Source: a virus (Duplodnaviria > Caudoviricetes). Taken from it: a stretch of 63,851 nucleotides of DNA. Of the stretch, positions 19,316 to 28,815 are shown in pieces (position 1 is the stretch's first letter; each line of letters begins with the position of its first letter). The notes under the pieces are model-generated. The model was not told the origin of the DNA. It worked only from the letters and a program-made list of their open reading frames with translations, and made no database searches. Position numbers and translations under genes: made by a program. The DNA is taken from the IMG/VR virus record IMGVR_UViG_3300024423_000001, positions 1 through 63,851 of that record; one strand, given 5' to 3'.

Positions 19316-19761
19316 CTTCGGTGTCGTATTCGATTGAACCTCCCATGACTCTTCTCGTATGCCTCATAAGCAAACTTATCTAGGTCGAACCGATCTATTG
19401 AATATACCAATCCGCACCTCTCACAATAGACTTCATTCTCCTCACAAACTAGGAGCCCGCCACACGAACATGTCGGAGGCTCAACCGGCGATGGTTCCTC
19501 CAGCTCATAATAAGCGTCAGGTGAATTAACGATTGTGTTGAAAGAAATAAGAGGTTGGCGAAGCGATGCCTTATAGCCCCGGATGACCGACTGAATGAAA
19601 TGCGACTGAACATATTCCCATTCTATTGACCTGAAGAAAGCTGGAACTGTCAAGATAAGTCTACCTCGGAGCACGAGCCAGATCTCGCCAACCTCACCCT
19701 CAAACCGGGCAATCTCAACTCCTCTGCGTTGGAAGAACAACACTGGATCAAACACCCTCAT
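19285..19761 (-). CDS. Protein with TFIIB-type zinc ribbon
   Basis: CSCGG…EVYCERCGLV. Confidence 0.65.
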   Translation of the reverse strand: MRVFDPVLFFQRRGVEIARFEGEVGEIWLVLRGRLILTVPAFFRSIEWEYVQSHFIQSVIRGYKASLRQPLISFNTIVNSPDAYYELEEPSPVEPPTCSCGGLLVCEENEVYCERCGLVYSIDRFDLDKFAYEAYEKSHGRFNRIRHRRWRISGAIQS

Positions 19762-20021
19762 AGCCGAAAGATGCCGTTCTGACGTAACTCCAACAACCCT
19801 GGCGTGCCGAAATCCTCCCAGTGCTCAATGACCTGCTTATTTGGGATTTTCCCCGATTTCACTCTCTCGATCTGCCTAAGTGCTTCCTCTATCTCGATCT
19901 TCTGAACAACCGGTCGTTCCCTCGTGCCTCTCATGCGAATCGCAAAGCCGACTCGCCAGAATACACGAAGTCCCCATTGGTATTGCCCGGTCTCCTCGTC
20001 GTATACATCTATTCCTTCCAT
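19758..20021 (-). CDS. Hypothetical protein
   Basis: Coupled ORF. Confidence 0.55.
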   Translation of the reverse strand: MEGIDVYDEETGQYQWGLRVFWRVGFAIRMRGTRERPVVQKIEIEEALRQIERVKSGKIPNKQVIEHWEDFGTPGLLELRQNGIFRL

Positions 20022-20203
20022 TTTCTTTTGCCCTCCTTCATCTTTTTGAGCCTTATCTGATTAATCAAGAACGGAATCAAGACCTGTCCAGGAATAACTA
20101 CCGAAGTTTCATCATCCCGCCGGTACCGCTCTATTAGTCTCCACAGAGCAGGCGGTTCGGAATTAATCAGAATCCGGTGCAACGGAACGCGAATTGAGCT
20201 CAT
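20009..20203 (-). CDS. Hypothetical protein
   Basis: Coupled ORF. Confidence 0.45.
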   Translation of the reverse strand: MSSIRVPLHRILINSEPPALWRLIERYRRDDETSVVIPGQVLIPFLINQIRLKKMKEGKRKWKE

Positions 20204-20486
20204 CGGTGATCTTCTGGAGATAATGCATCCTATCGAGCAACTCAGAATATGTCTTAAGGAGTGGCGAGGAGGAATTCAACAAGATGAGATAACTATTTCC
20301 AATTCTAACACGTCTTATCAGCCCGACATTCTCGAGGTCTCGAACCACTTTATGAAGAGTCGGGTATGAAACTCCCAAGCGTCGAGCGAGTCCGAGTTGG
20401 CTACCGTACCACTCCTCCTGAAACAGGAACTCTACAAGCCTCACGTGAAGCGACTTGCCGAATACCTTACGGACGACGTCTACCAT
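20163..20486 (-). CDS. Winged-HTH transcription regulator
   Basis: QLGLARRLGVSYPTLHKVVRDLENVGLI. Confidence 0.82.
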   Translation of the reverse strand: MVDVVRKVFGKSLHVRLVEFLFQEEWYGSQLGLARRLGVSYPTLHKVVRDLENVGLIRRVRIGNSYLILLNSSSPLLKTYSELLDRMHYLQKITDELNSRSVAPDSD

Positions 20487-20655
20487 CTTGAGCCTCCTCA
20501 ACAATTCGTCTACCTGAACCGTTACAAACAATGCACTCGGCCGTCACGATAGGCTTCATCGTGCCATCCTTTCGCAACAAGCAGGAGACTACAACGATAC
20601 CAGTGCCACCGCAGACAGGACAGCACTCGATTGAACAGAAGACCTTGGCAGCCAT
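20467..20655 (-). CDS. Small zinc-finger protein
   Basis: CPVCGGTG…CIVCNGSG. Confidence 0.65.
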   Translation of the reverse strand: MAAKVFCSIECCPVCGGTGIVVVSCLLRKDGTMKPIVTAECIVCNGSGRRIVEEAQDGRRRP

Positions 20656-20849
20656 TACTCAGACCTGAACTTCGACTCTATTTGCTCGAACTCCCCATAA
20701 GTCACAATCCCGAGTCCAAGCAACACAACCTTCATCCCAGCGCAGAAACCTTCATGATAATCTCTATTAACCTCGCTGGCATGTGCAAGAGCAAACGATT
20801 CCTCGTATTGCACCAGACACCTTTCCTTAAAATCACTCTCAGCCTTCAA
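20655..20849 (-). CDS. Paralog family B member
   Basis: YHEGFCAGMKVVLLGLGIV. Confidence 0.65.
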   Translation of the reverse strand: MKAESDFKERCLVQYEESFALAHASEVNRDYHEGFCAGMKVVLLGLGIVTYGEFEQIESKFRSE

Positions 20850-21066
20850 CCTTGGATTCCTCCACTAACTCCTGTACCTCTTCCTGAATTTTGCTGAACT
20901 CCGACCTATCAACTATGCCAAGTTCGTTGAGAATGTATTCAGCTGCTGAACATGGCCCTAAATAGTAAGCACCGACCTCTCCATCTGAGCGTAGGCAAGC
21001 TTCAAAGTCAAACTTGTAAACCTGTATAAACTTCTCTTTCTGAGTTTTACTGACTCTGATTATCAT
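20839..21066 (-). CDS. Paralog family B member
   Basis: YYLGPCSAAEYILNELGIV. Confidence 0.65.
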   Translation of the reverse strand: MIIRVSKTQKEKFIQVYKFDFEACLRSDGEVGAYYLGPCSAAEYILNELGIVDRSEFSKIQEEVQELVEESKVEG

Positions 21067-21436
21067 ACTCCGCCTGCACCTCGAGAAGCCAACGCGTTAT
21101 ATCCGAGTCCTCAATGAGATTAAGTCGTCTCAGCGCCGTCTCGATTCCAGAACAGAATCCCAAGTAATGGTTGGCAGCAGGATCGTTACCCGATAGCGTC
21201 GCTGATATGAATGCTCTAAATCCTGATTTGTAATCATCGATAAGTTGCTGGGGCACCTCAGAACACCCAGAATCGACATTACCCACGGAACGCCTGAGTT
21301 CTGTGATGACCTCGTTATACGTGTCATGCTTTGCCCACCGATAGACTTCGTCCCGTGGTGTTTGCGCGTTAAGCAGCTCGCGGAAATTACGTCGTTGCAT
21401 CCTCTCAACCCTCCGGAGAATCTCTATCAAGTTCAT
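21047..21436 (-). CDS. Paralog family B member with N-terminal extension
   Basis: HYLGFCSGIETALRRLNLI. Confidence 0.65.
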   Translation of the reverse strand: MNLIEILRRVERMQRRNFRELLNAQTPRDEVYRWAKHDTYNEVITELRRSVGNVDSGCSEVPQQLIDDYKSGFRAFISATLSGNDPAANHYLGFCSGIETALRRLNLIEDSDITRWLLEVQAEYDNQSQ

Positions 21437-21771
21437 CGTTTCAGGCTCCGAAGAAATAACAGTTCTTTTATCGCCACCTCACGCATATCTTGAAGAGAAC
21501 CAGCTTCCTTCGCAACAACCCAATCTGTCCAAGGCGTGAACAGACAGCCCTCTGCACCAGTTACGCGACGAACTGGGCAACCTAAGCAGCCGTCGATGTT
21601 ATACACCTCACACAAAGCGCAGTTCTTATGTCCTTCTTCAAGTCTGCTGTCAAACTCTTCCTTCGTTTGAATCTTATTAAGATGATCCACCACATCTTCC
21701 CACTTCTCGATAGAGAGATCGAGCGGATCTTCACCCGCCCGAAGTCTCTTCAACATTTCTTCTCGATTCAT
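21433..21771 (-). CDS. Cys-containing hypothetical protein
   Basis: SIEKW…CALC…CLGCPV…C. Confidence 0.65.
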   Translation of the reverse strand: MNREEMLKRLRAGEDPLDLSIEKWEDVVDHLNKIQTKEEFDSRLEEGHKNCALCEVYNIDGCLGCPVRRVTGAEGCLFTPWTDWVVAKEAGSLQDMREVAIKELLFLRSLKR

Positions 21772-22052
21772 TTTCTTGCCTTGATGAATCCGTATACATA
21801 GTGATGTTCAGCATCACCAATACTGAACACCGATTCTTCTCTCTTCAGCGCTTCCTCGACCTCTTCATCCCAAACATCGCCGTCAGACGACGCATAATGA
21901 CCGCTTGTGTCTTCCTCTGCCAGCAAGATCTCGAAACAATTTTCGCCAGTTTCTCGTTCGCCTCGGATGAGCGTCTCGCAGATGTCGCGTCCCTCGAGAT
22001 CCTCAAAATCCTCTATGAGTTCAGCAATAGTGATCTTCATCTGTTTCAGCAC
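21768..22052 (-). CDS. Acidic hypothetical protein
   Basis: GGAGGTG RBS, coupled ORF. Confidence 0.6.
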   Translation of the reverse strand: MLKQMKITIAELIEDFEDLEGRDICETLIRGERETGENCFEILLAEEDTSGHYASSDGDVWDEEVEEALKREESVFSIGDAEHHYVYGFIKARK

Positions 22053-22411
22053 ACCTCCTTAGGATACAGCAGTCTTTCTGTCGTCTCATAGTGCCCCTTG
22101 CTGAACACGCCACTTCGTTGATAAATCTTGCCTCGAAATTTCTCTGGAACTCTTAGAATGACCGTTCCATCAGCTTTCCACTCCACCTGTATACCCACAG
22201 ATGCAGCAAAGTCGTCAAAGGGCACAGCATTAGAACCGCAACCCCGACCGTCTTCCGCTATAATAACAACCTCTTCAAAACTCATCGAAGAGGTTGAAGA
22301 TTGACGATTCGTCCCGCGCACCTCAACTACTCTCCCGGCGTTTCGCTCCTCACGTGCATCCGATTCGCCACTCCCGGATGCTGCTATCTGAGAATCTACT
22401 TCTTCACTCAT
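22046..22411 (-). CDS. Hypothetical protein, first gene of the early arm
   Basis: GGTGA RBS. Confidence 0.6.
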   Translation of the reverse strand: MSEEVDSQIAASGSGESDAREERNAGRVVEVRGTNRQSSTSSMSFEEVVIIAEDGRGCGSNAVPFDDFAASVGIQVEWKADGTVILRVPEKFRGKIYQRSGVFSKGHYETTERLLYPKEVC

Positions 22412-22427
22412 TTCTTCTCACCTGATC

Positions 22428-22470
22428 GGAAGGATCGGGAGTCGAACCCGATACCAATACCACACCTTCC
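22428..22470 (-). ncRNA. tRNA-like minihelix (acceptor-like stem plus T-arm, no anticodon arm)
   Basis: GGAAGG-TGTGGTATTGGT-ATCGGG-TTCGACT-CCCGAT-CCTTCC. Confidence 0.55.
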
Positions 22471-22817
22471 ACGAGGGAAGAAATAACGCCTGCCTCACGA
22501 ATCGAGACAGGCTCCAAATTATAAATGAAGCAATGACTGTCACCACTAATAATCTCTCGCTGCACCTCTCACTAACCGTCCTTCCCGATTAGTTTTTACC
22601 CCACTCTCGCGGCGAGTTGTTCTCGCCTTAATGTTGTTCCTGTCTTTCCCTCCGCGCACGCATATTATCTCAGACAGGAGTCCCAAGCGAGAACCTTCCT
22701 CGCCGCTTGCGTAGGAACCGCTCGGGTTGGGAAGGTTCAACCCTCACTCGCCCCATCGAGCGGGAACTTCCGCGGCTCTTCCCACCTTCATTCGACTACG
22801 TATATAGGTTAGTTGAG

Positions 22818-22830
22818 GGTATATAAATAA
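22818..22830 (-). promoter_or_regulatory. Candidate TATA box for the early arm
   Basis: TTTATATA on the minus strand upstream of a structured leader. Confidence 0.5.
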
Positions 22831-22940
22831 CTTTCGATCATCTATAAAATTCTTTCAACATTACCATCATCAGCTTCAGAGCGGGACCCTCCGTTCATCA
22901 GTAAACCTTTTTATAATAACAGATCTAGATAATAAATTGA

Positions 22941-23007
22941 GGCGCGGGAAGATGTATGAATTGCCGCAGTCTTCCTGCCTTCGCCCGTCCTATCCCTTCC
23001 CGCGCCA
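22941..23007 (+). ncRNA. Candidate small RNA closed by an 11-bp stem
   Basis: GGCGCGGGAAG…CTTCCCGCGCC, about 25 nt after TTTTATAA. Confidence 0.4.
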
Positions 23008-23049
23008 ATGACCTTTCTCGGACGCAAGCGACAGCGGACTTAGGAATAG

Positions 23050-23720
23050 ATGAAATTAAGAATGGTTTATAAGCTATAGATCATATCTGAGTTACCTCAA
23101 GGTTCGTTAGCTGCAGGATCTTAGTTAGTTGGTGGCTCGTTAGCTATAGGATCTCACCTACTGAGATTCTAAGGAGACTTATTAGTTATAATAATTATAA
23201 TATAAGCTTAATATAGCTATAGACTATGATATTAAGATAATGTTCACGAACCTGAATGGACTGATTACAACAAAACAAGGCCTTATATTAATAATAATAT
23301 AAACCACAGGATATCTATAGATTATATAGTAACGACTACAAGGGGAAATGGACTGACTATAACAAGACCGTATATGTTAAGATAAGTTAAGGAAACTAAT
23401 AGGTTAAGAAAGAGGAAAAGGACAAGATATAACTTACTATAAGTTTAATCAGGGGTGATCACGGTCCTAAGATAGACTAAGTACAGTAGATCCTAATATT
23501 ATAATAATAATTAATTAATAATATATTAATTATAAATTAAAGGCCACCGGTCTAGCAGTGAAAGTAATAGTTAGCTTAGTAGACAGTTCCAGTACTTGGC
23601 ATTTACAGTAATGTTCACGAATAGGTCAAGGTTATAATATTATTAACATAACGAGGCATCGCTTACAGGTTCCGAAAATTTCACGAGCATATTATATGGA
23701 GAGAGGCTGAATTTGAATAA
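23050..23720. other. Very AT-rich non-coding region between the divergent arms
   Basis: No long ORF; repeats TAATGTTCACGAA and GGACTGA.TA.AACAA; TTAATTAATAATATATTAATTATAAATTAA. Confidence 0.6.
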
Positions 23721-24229
23721 GTTATCGCGCTTGCGGGATCTTTGTTGTCATAGTTTCGTTTGGCTCGTAAGCGTGTCTGTGTTGTCCCTCTCATCCCTCG
23801 CGCACGCAACGTGAGGATGGACTCTGAAAACTTTAATTCCAATTCGATGAAGACAGTTTTCTCATATTAGCAAATATTTTTCACAGTGATGGCAGTGATC
23901 CGAGTCCATCCTCTGTGTTAGAGTTGTCTTCTATTACGAAGAGAAGGAACTATGAAGCCATATATAGGTGATTCTGAGGGCGAGTCGCGGGACGATCTCC
24001 CGCCTCGTGGGTTCGGTCTGTTGATAGGGACAGCGGCTCAAGGGTCCGAACGCAGACGAGGTCGACCTCGCACGGACGAGGAGCGTCGGGAGCGCCACTT
24101 TCAGTAGCTGCTATTACTATCCTCAGCGACTCAAGTGGTTCAGGTGCTATTATCCACCAGGGAAGGCGTCACTCCAGTACCTCTTTCTTCTATTACGGTT
24201 GTATCTCTATCAAGTTGAGCAGTTGAAGG

Positions 24230-24661
24230 ATGAAGCTCTCAAAGGTAACATCAGGGATGGAGGCGGACTTCTGGTCGGGCAAGCTTACGGTCGAGGAGAT
24301 AGCGGAGCAGACGGGCTATACAGAGGAGGCAGTAGTTCAGCATCTGTTGTTCGAGACCGAGACAGGTCGGTTGTTGGCGAGGAATCTTCGGGAGTTTCGA
24401 GAGGAGACAAAGCGGATATTCAGTGAGCAACTCAAGTTATTGCCGGAGTTCTTTGCGAAGCCGGTTGAGGAGCTGCGGTATGTGTTCGATGATCTACTGG
24501 CACGATACAAAGTCGAGGAAGACCTTAGTCAGAAGCTGGCTATCGCTCGCGAGCTCCGTCAGATCGTTGATACTTTGCTGAGGCATCAACCACGTGGTGA
24601 GGTCCAGGTCTCGAAGATCTCGGAGATAAGGTCTGACTATGAGAGAGTATTCAAAAATTGA
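24230..24661 (+). CDS. Probable terminase small subunit
   Basis: HTH-like N-terminus, helical, immediately upstream of TerL. Confidence 0.55.
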   Translation: MKLSKVTSGMEADFWSGKLTVEEIAEQTGYTEEAVVQHLLFETETGRLLARNLREFREETKRIFSEQLKLLPEFFAKPVEELRYVFDDLLARYKVEEDLSQKLAIARELRQIVDTLLRHQPRGEVQVSKISEIRSDYERVFKN

Positions 24662-25937
24662 ATATTTCCACAAACACTATGCGATCGAACAGTTATGGGG
24701 TGGCAAGCTTGACGGTTGGCAGGTCAGGTTCATTGAAAAGTATTACCCATTTGATAGGTATCGTCGGATACTCATTAAGGCTCCACGGTCAGCGAGGAAG
24801 TCAACGACAGTGGACTTGCTGTTGACTGACTATGTGTTGAATAACCCAGGAACGTTTGCGATAATAGCATCAGTAGGACAGGATCAATCGTCAGAACATA
24901 TTAGAACGATCAAGTCTATATTGGAAGTGTCGGGTTTGAAGAAAGAGGCCATTAATTTTAGTGAACCTTACAACAGGTCAGAACTCAACTTTAGGAACGG
25001 GTCTCGAATCCACGCTATTCCACAGAGTGAGGGGCAGGTGGGCTTTCATCCGCATTTCCTATTTGTGGATGAGATGTCGCGTATATCAACTGAATTTTTC
25101 TGGAGTGTATTGAACCCGATGGGGCAGGCTATTAAGGATCAAGTCCGGGTCTTGGCGTCAACCCCGAAGGGTGTATTTAATGCTTTCTATGAACTCTTTC
25201 ATTCAAAGACATACGAGGTCGTGGATGTGAAGATTTCCGAGTGCCCATGGATAACGAAGGAGCGGCTTCAAGAAGCACGGTCTCACATGCCGGAGGTGCT
25301 GTATAAGCAAGAGATATTGGGTGAATTCATTGAGACGACGTATTCGGTCTTCACCGCTGAGGTGTTGGAAAAGGTAAAGGTTACATCAGTGAGCTCCTAC
25401 ATTTCACCGTTTGTGGCTGGTGTCGACCTGGGTCGGAAGCGAGATTATTCAGCGATTGTGGTATTGGATTCGGTAGGTAATGTGTATCTGTCAGAGTTCT
25501 TCAAGGGTTCATGGGAGTCGCAGATCATGAGGTTGAAGAGTGTGATCGAGTCGATACCCGTGAGTTTGACCTATGTCGATTCGACCGGTGTGGGTGATGG
25601 AATATTCGAGTTCTTATCGAAGACAGTGGATTGCTACTTCAGACCTTACCAGTTTACGTCGAAATCGAAGATGGACTTGGTGAACAAGCTCGTAGTGGCA
25701 CTTGAGCAAGGGAGGATCCATATACCGGTCAGACATAAACATCTATTGGAGCAGTTGAGTATGTTCTCCTACTTGGACGAATCGTTTGAGAAGATGGGCG
25801 CGAGGAGGGGGTTCGATGATCTTGTGATGGCATTAGGATTGGCAAACTTAGGATTATCTTTCCGGGTAGGTAAGTCAATGGCGTTAGACTTTATTGAAGA
25901 TTCAGGCTATGGAAGAGAGGTGATGCGAATTGCCTGA
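24639..25937 (+). CDS. terL: Terminase large subunit
   Basis: Walker A-like APRSARKST, FVDE, ASTPKG, GVDLGRKRD, DDLVMAL. Confidence 0.93.
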   Translation: MREYSKIEYFHKHYAIEQLWGGKLDGWQVRFIEKYYPFDRYRRILIKAPRSARKSTTVDLLLTDYVLNNPGTFAIIASVGQDQSSEHIRTIKSILEVSGLKKEAINFSEPYNRSELNFRNGSRIHAIPQSEGQVGFHPHFLFVDEMSRISTEFFWSVLNPMGQAIKDQVRVLASTPKGVFNAFYELFHSKTYEVVDVKISECPWITKERLQEARSHMPEVLYKQEILGEFIETTYSVFTAEVLEKVKVTSVSSYISPFVAGVDLGRKRDYSAIVVLDSVGNVYLSEFFKGSWESQIMRLKSVIESIPVSLTYVDSTGVGDGIFEFLSKTVDCYFRPYQFTSKSKMDLVNKLVVALEQGRIHIPVRHKHLLEQLSMFSYLDESFEKMGARRGFDDLVMALGLANLGLSFRVGKSMALDFIEDSGYGREVMRIA

Positions 25938-27405
25938 CGCGCAGGTGAGGTACATCAAACTTCCGCAATTACCGAGGGAGACATTGTGGCGGTTCAAGGG
26001 TATAATACCGCCTCGGATACTGTACAATCCGCTGTTGCTTTACTATCTGTCGTTGACGTGTCCGGATGTGAACTCGATCATATTCAAGCACGTGAACAAG
26101 GTCCTACGGAACCGTTACTCGATAGAGGCGAGGTTCAAACTCAAGTGTCCAGTGTGTGGTTATGAGTCATTGGAAACAAGGCAGACAGAGTGTCCACAGT
26201 GTGGTAGTCGCATGGAGGAGCCTGATGCAGCAGAGAAGACAAAAGTTTCAAGATTTCTCGAGCGGGCAAATCCAGAAGGTGAGTCTTTCCACTCTGTTCT
26301 ACTTCAGTTCTTGACAGCACTTGACACGTTTGACGATGCATATCTGATTATTCCGAAGTCGTATGTCGTGAAGGACAACGAGATCGTCTTTGAGCGTCCA
26401 GAGGGTGTCTATGCATCGAGTCCATTGTTCACGAGGCTGGTTAGGGATGAGAGAGGTAGGCTTGCAGAAATTTACTTTTGTCCAGAGCATCGGAGTCTTG
26501 CATTAGAGAAGCCAGGGGTATGTCCAGAATGTGGTCTTGAACTCAGACGGGCAGTCTGTGCAGCGACGTCTGCTCCAATGGCATTCGGGCAAGGTGCTGA
26601 GGTCTACTATTCAGAGGACGAAGTTATCCATGCGTCCTTCTTCAATCCTTCAAGGTTCGGTGGACTGTCGCCTCTGATTCCGTTATACGAGACAGTAGTG
26701 ACATTGATCATGATGAAACGTTATATCGGGAGTTACTATCGGTTCGGTCGTGCGCCACGTGGACTGTTCTATGCGAAGTCGCCGAATCCTGATCAGCTAA
26801 TCAAGTTGTGGAAAGAGGCACTAACAAAGTTGAAAGAAGATCCTCTCTGGATTCCTATGCTGGCGGTTCCTACGAACGTTTCGAGAGAGGAGTCATCGGA
26901 TCTGCGGTATGTTTCAATCTCACCTACATTACAGGAGTTGGATTATGAGCGTGTAAGAAACGAGCTGAGGAGAGAGATAGCGAGTTACTACGGACTATCT
27001 AATTTAGCAATCAATGACTTAGAGGGAGTCGGGGGCTTGAACTCGGAGACTCAACAACTTAAGTTGGAAGATATTCAGTTATCATTGCTTAACAGCTATC
27101 TCAACGAAGACATTCTGCCTCAGTTGTGCAAGAAGTTAGGTTTCCAAGACTGGCTGATCAAGGTTAATCCGGTTGAGCCTGAGGATATGGAGCGGAAGTG
27201 GTCAATCAAGCGTTCGGAGGCAGCGTATGCTCAGCAGTTAGCGGAGATGGGAATTCGGGTCACGTTTACTGAAGATGGTAACTTTGAATTCGAGCCGGGT
27301 GAGGTATCGGTGCCAGGTGTTGGTGGAGAGGAGGCTGAAGAGTTCGAACTTTCTAACGATGATCTGGATTCTATTGTGAACGAGTTGCTCAAAGAAGAGT
27401 CATGA
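25930..27405 (+). CDS. Portal protein with two zinc-ribbon insertions
   Basis: Position after TerL; EVIH…GLSPL; CPVC…CPQC and CPEH…CPEC. Confidence 0.85.
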   Translation: MPDAQVRYIKLPQLPRETLWRFKGIIPPRILYNPLLLYYLSLTCPDVNSIIFKHVNKVLRNRYSIEARFKLKCPVCGYESLETRQTECPQCGSRMEEPDAAEKTKVSRFLERANPEGESFHSVLLQFLTALDTFDDAYLIIPKSYVVKDNEIVFERPEGVYASSPLFTRLVRDERGRLAEIYFCPEHRSLALEKPGVCPECGLELRRAVCAATSAPMAFGQGAEVYYSEDEVIHASFFNPSRFGGLSPLIPLYETVVTLIMMKRYIGSYYRFGRAPRGLFYAKSPNPDQLIKLWKEALTKLKEDPLWIPMLAVPTNVSREESSDLRYVSISPTLQELDYERVRNELRREIASYYGLSNLAINDLEGVGGLNSETQQLKLEDIQLSLLNSYLNEDILPQLCKKLGFQDWLIKVNPVEPEDMERKWSIKRSEAAYAQQLAEMGIRVTFTEDGNFEFEPGEVSVPGVGGEEAEEFELSNDDLDSIVNELLKEES

Positions 27406-28178
27406 AATTAATCAGGCTTGGTGATTCATATTTCATACCAGTATCGAAGGCAGTTGCTCGGAGATTCATTCGGGGCAGAGCTGAACGTCGGTTGCGGAAG
27501 ACGATTCGTGAGCGAATAGACCAGGTCATTGATCGTGTACTGAATGAGGTTGATCCTGAATTCCTTGGTGAGAGCACCGACGAAGTGGTTCAACAGATTA
27601 CTGACGCCGTCATAAGTGAGTTCCGACGTGACTGGACTCGGGCTGTATCAGAGTTGTATCTCTCTACGAAGCGTCGTGTTGCGAGGAGGTTGAGGCAGAA
27701 GATGCGGTTTACCGCCGAGGACATGGATTCACTCAGGCTAGTGACCCAGGGTCCAATTCTCAGGCGCGTCTACGAAGGTCTGAGTAAGGTGTTGTTGGAC
27801 AAGATCAATGAGCGAGTTAAGGAATACTTCAAGCATGGTGACTTCGAGCGATTGGTGAGAGAGATCAAGGAAGTTGGTAACATGACGTATTCACGTGCGG
27901 ACAGGATAGCACGGACGGAGTCGGGTGTGGTCGAGAACCTTGCACTTGCGGGTGCGTATCGCGAATCGGATCCCGAGGGTAAGCGTCGGTATCGGTGGGT
28001 ATCTATTCCAGATGAGCGTCGGACCGAGTGGTGTAAGAAGATTTCAGAACTGACCTGGCATGGTGTGACACTTGAGGAATTGAGAGAAATAATTAAAGAA
28101 CATGGTGATCCGAGGTTGAAAGATAGGAGACCATTTCAGGTCCATATAAATTGCAGGTCGACAATTCAACCTGTGTAG
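27402..28178 (+). CDS. MuF/SPP1 gp7-like head morphogenesis protein
   Basis: RADRIARTE, W…D.R…C, HINCRS. Confidence 0.88.
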   Translation: MKLIRLGDSYFIPVSKAVARRFIRGRAERRLRKTIRERIDQVIDRVLNEVDPEFLGESTDEVVQQITDAVISEFRRDWTRAVSELYLSTKRRVARRLRQKMRFTAEDMDSLRLVTQGPILRRVYEGLSKVLLDKINERVKEYFKHGDFERLVREIKEVGNMTYSRADRIARTESGVVENLALAGAYRESDPEGKRRYRWVSIPDERRTEWCKKISELTWHGVTLEELREIIKEHGDPRLKDRRPFQVHINCRSTIQPV

Positions 28179-28189
28179 GAGGTGTTGAG

Positions 28190-28615
28190 ATGGGCATATT
28201 TAAGAAGAAGGAGTCGAAGAAGGGAGACTCGGATGAGTTGCTCCAGACGATGCTCTCGATGCTGGAGGCAGTGAAGAGTTCGGTGGATGAATTGGCGAAG
28301 AAGGTTGAGGCGCTAAGCGCTCGTGAACATGGTGAAGCCTCAACAGAAGAAGTTTCAGAGGCGGTGAAGTCAGCAGTTGAGAAGTGCTTGCAGGATCATG
28401 AGGAGAAGATGTCGCTACCGGTTCGGAAGGCGGTATTGGAAGGACTTGAGTCGTTGGGCTTCCGACCGGTGAGTAAGCCCGACCACTCGCCGCAAGCGTT
28501 CCCGAGTGTGCCGCCATCAGACGTCACGTCAGTATCGAACGAAGAGCTGTTGAAGATGTCATGGGAGGAGGTCCACAAGTTAGCACAGCTCGCGAAGGAG
28601 GAATCTGAAGAATGA
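28190..28615 (+). CDS. Scaffold-like coiled-coil protein
   Basis: C-terminal WEEVHKLA shared with the protease/scaffold C-terminus. Confidence 0.55.
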   Translation: MGIFKKKESKKGDSDELLQTMLSMLEAVKSSVDELAKKVEALSAREHGEASTEEVSEAVKSAVEKCLQDHEEKMSLPVRKAVLEGLESLGFRPVSKPDHSPQAFPSVPPSDVTSVSNEELLKMSWEEVHKLAQLAKEESEE

Positions 28616-28815
28616 CCAATGGGGTGGACATCGTAGTTGGACCAATCTCGTTAAACTCTCAGTCTGCGACATCAGGCAGTTACGGGCAGACTTCGCTCGC
28701 GAGCGGAATATATCGAAAGATCGAGAGCTACGATAATGATGTGAATGACGTAGTTCAGATGGAGGCGTTCCCGGTAGGTGCAGGTCGTGTAGCCGTGATA
28801 ATTCTCCACAAGTGA
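28612..28815 (+). CDS. Small hypothetical protein
   Basis: Coupled ORF. Confidence 0.55.
   Translation: MTNGVDIVVGPISLNSQSATSGSYGQTSLASGIYRKIESYDNDVNDVVQMEAFPVGAGRVAVIILHK

Noticed and set aside
22428-22470. Complete tRNA gene or integrase attP
   Set aside because: No anticodon arm and no integrase recognised in the genome.
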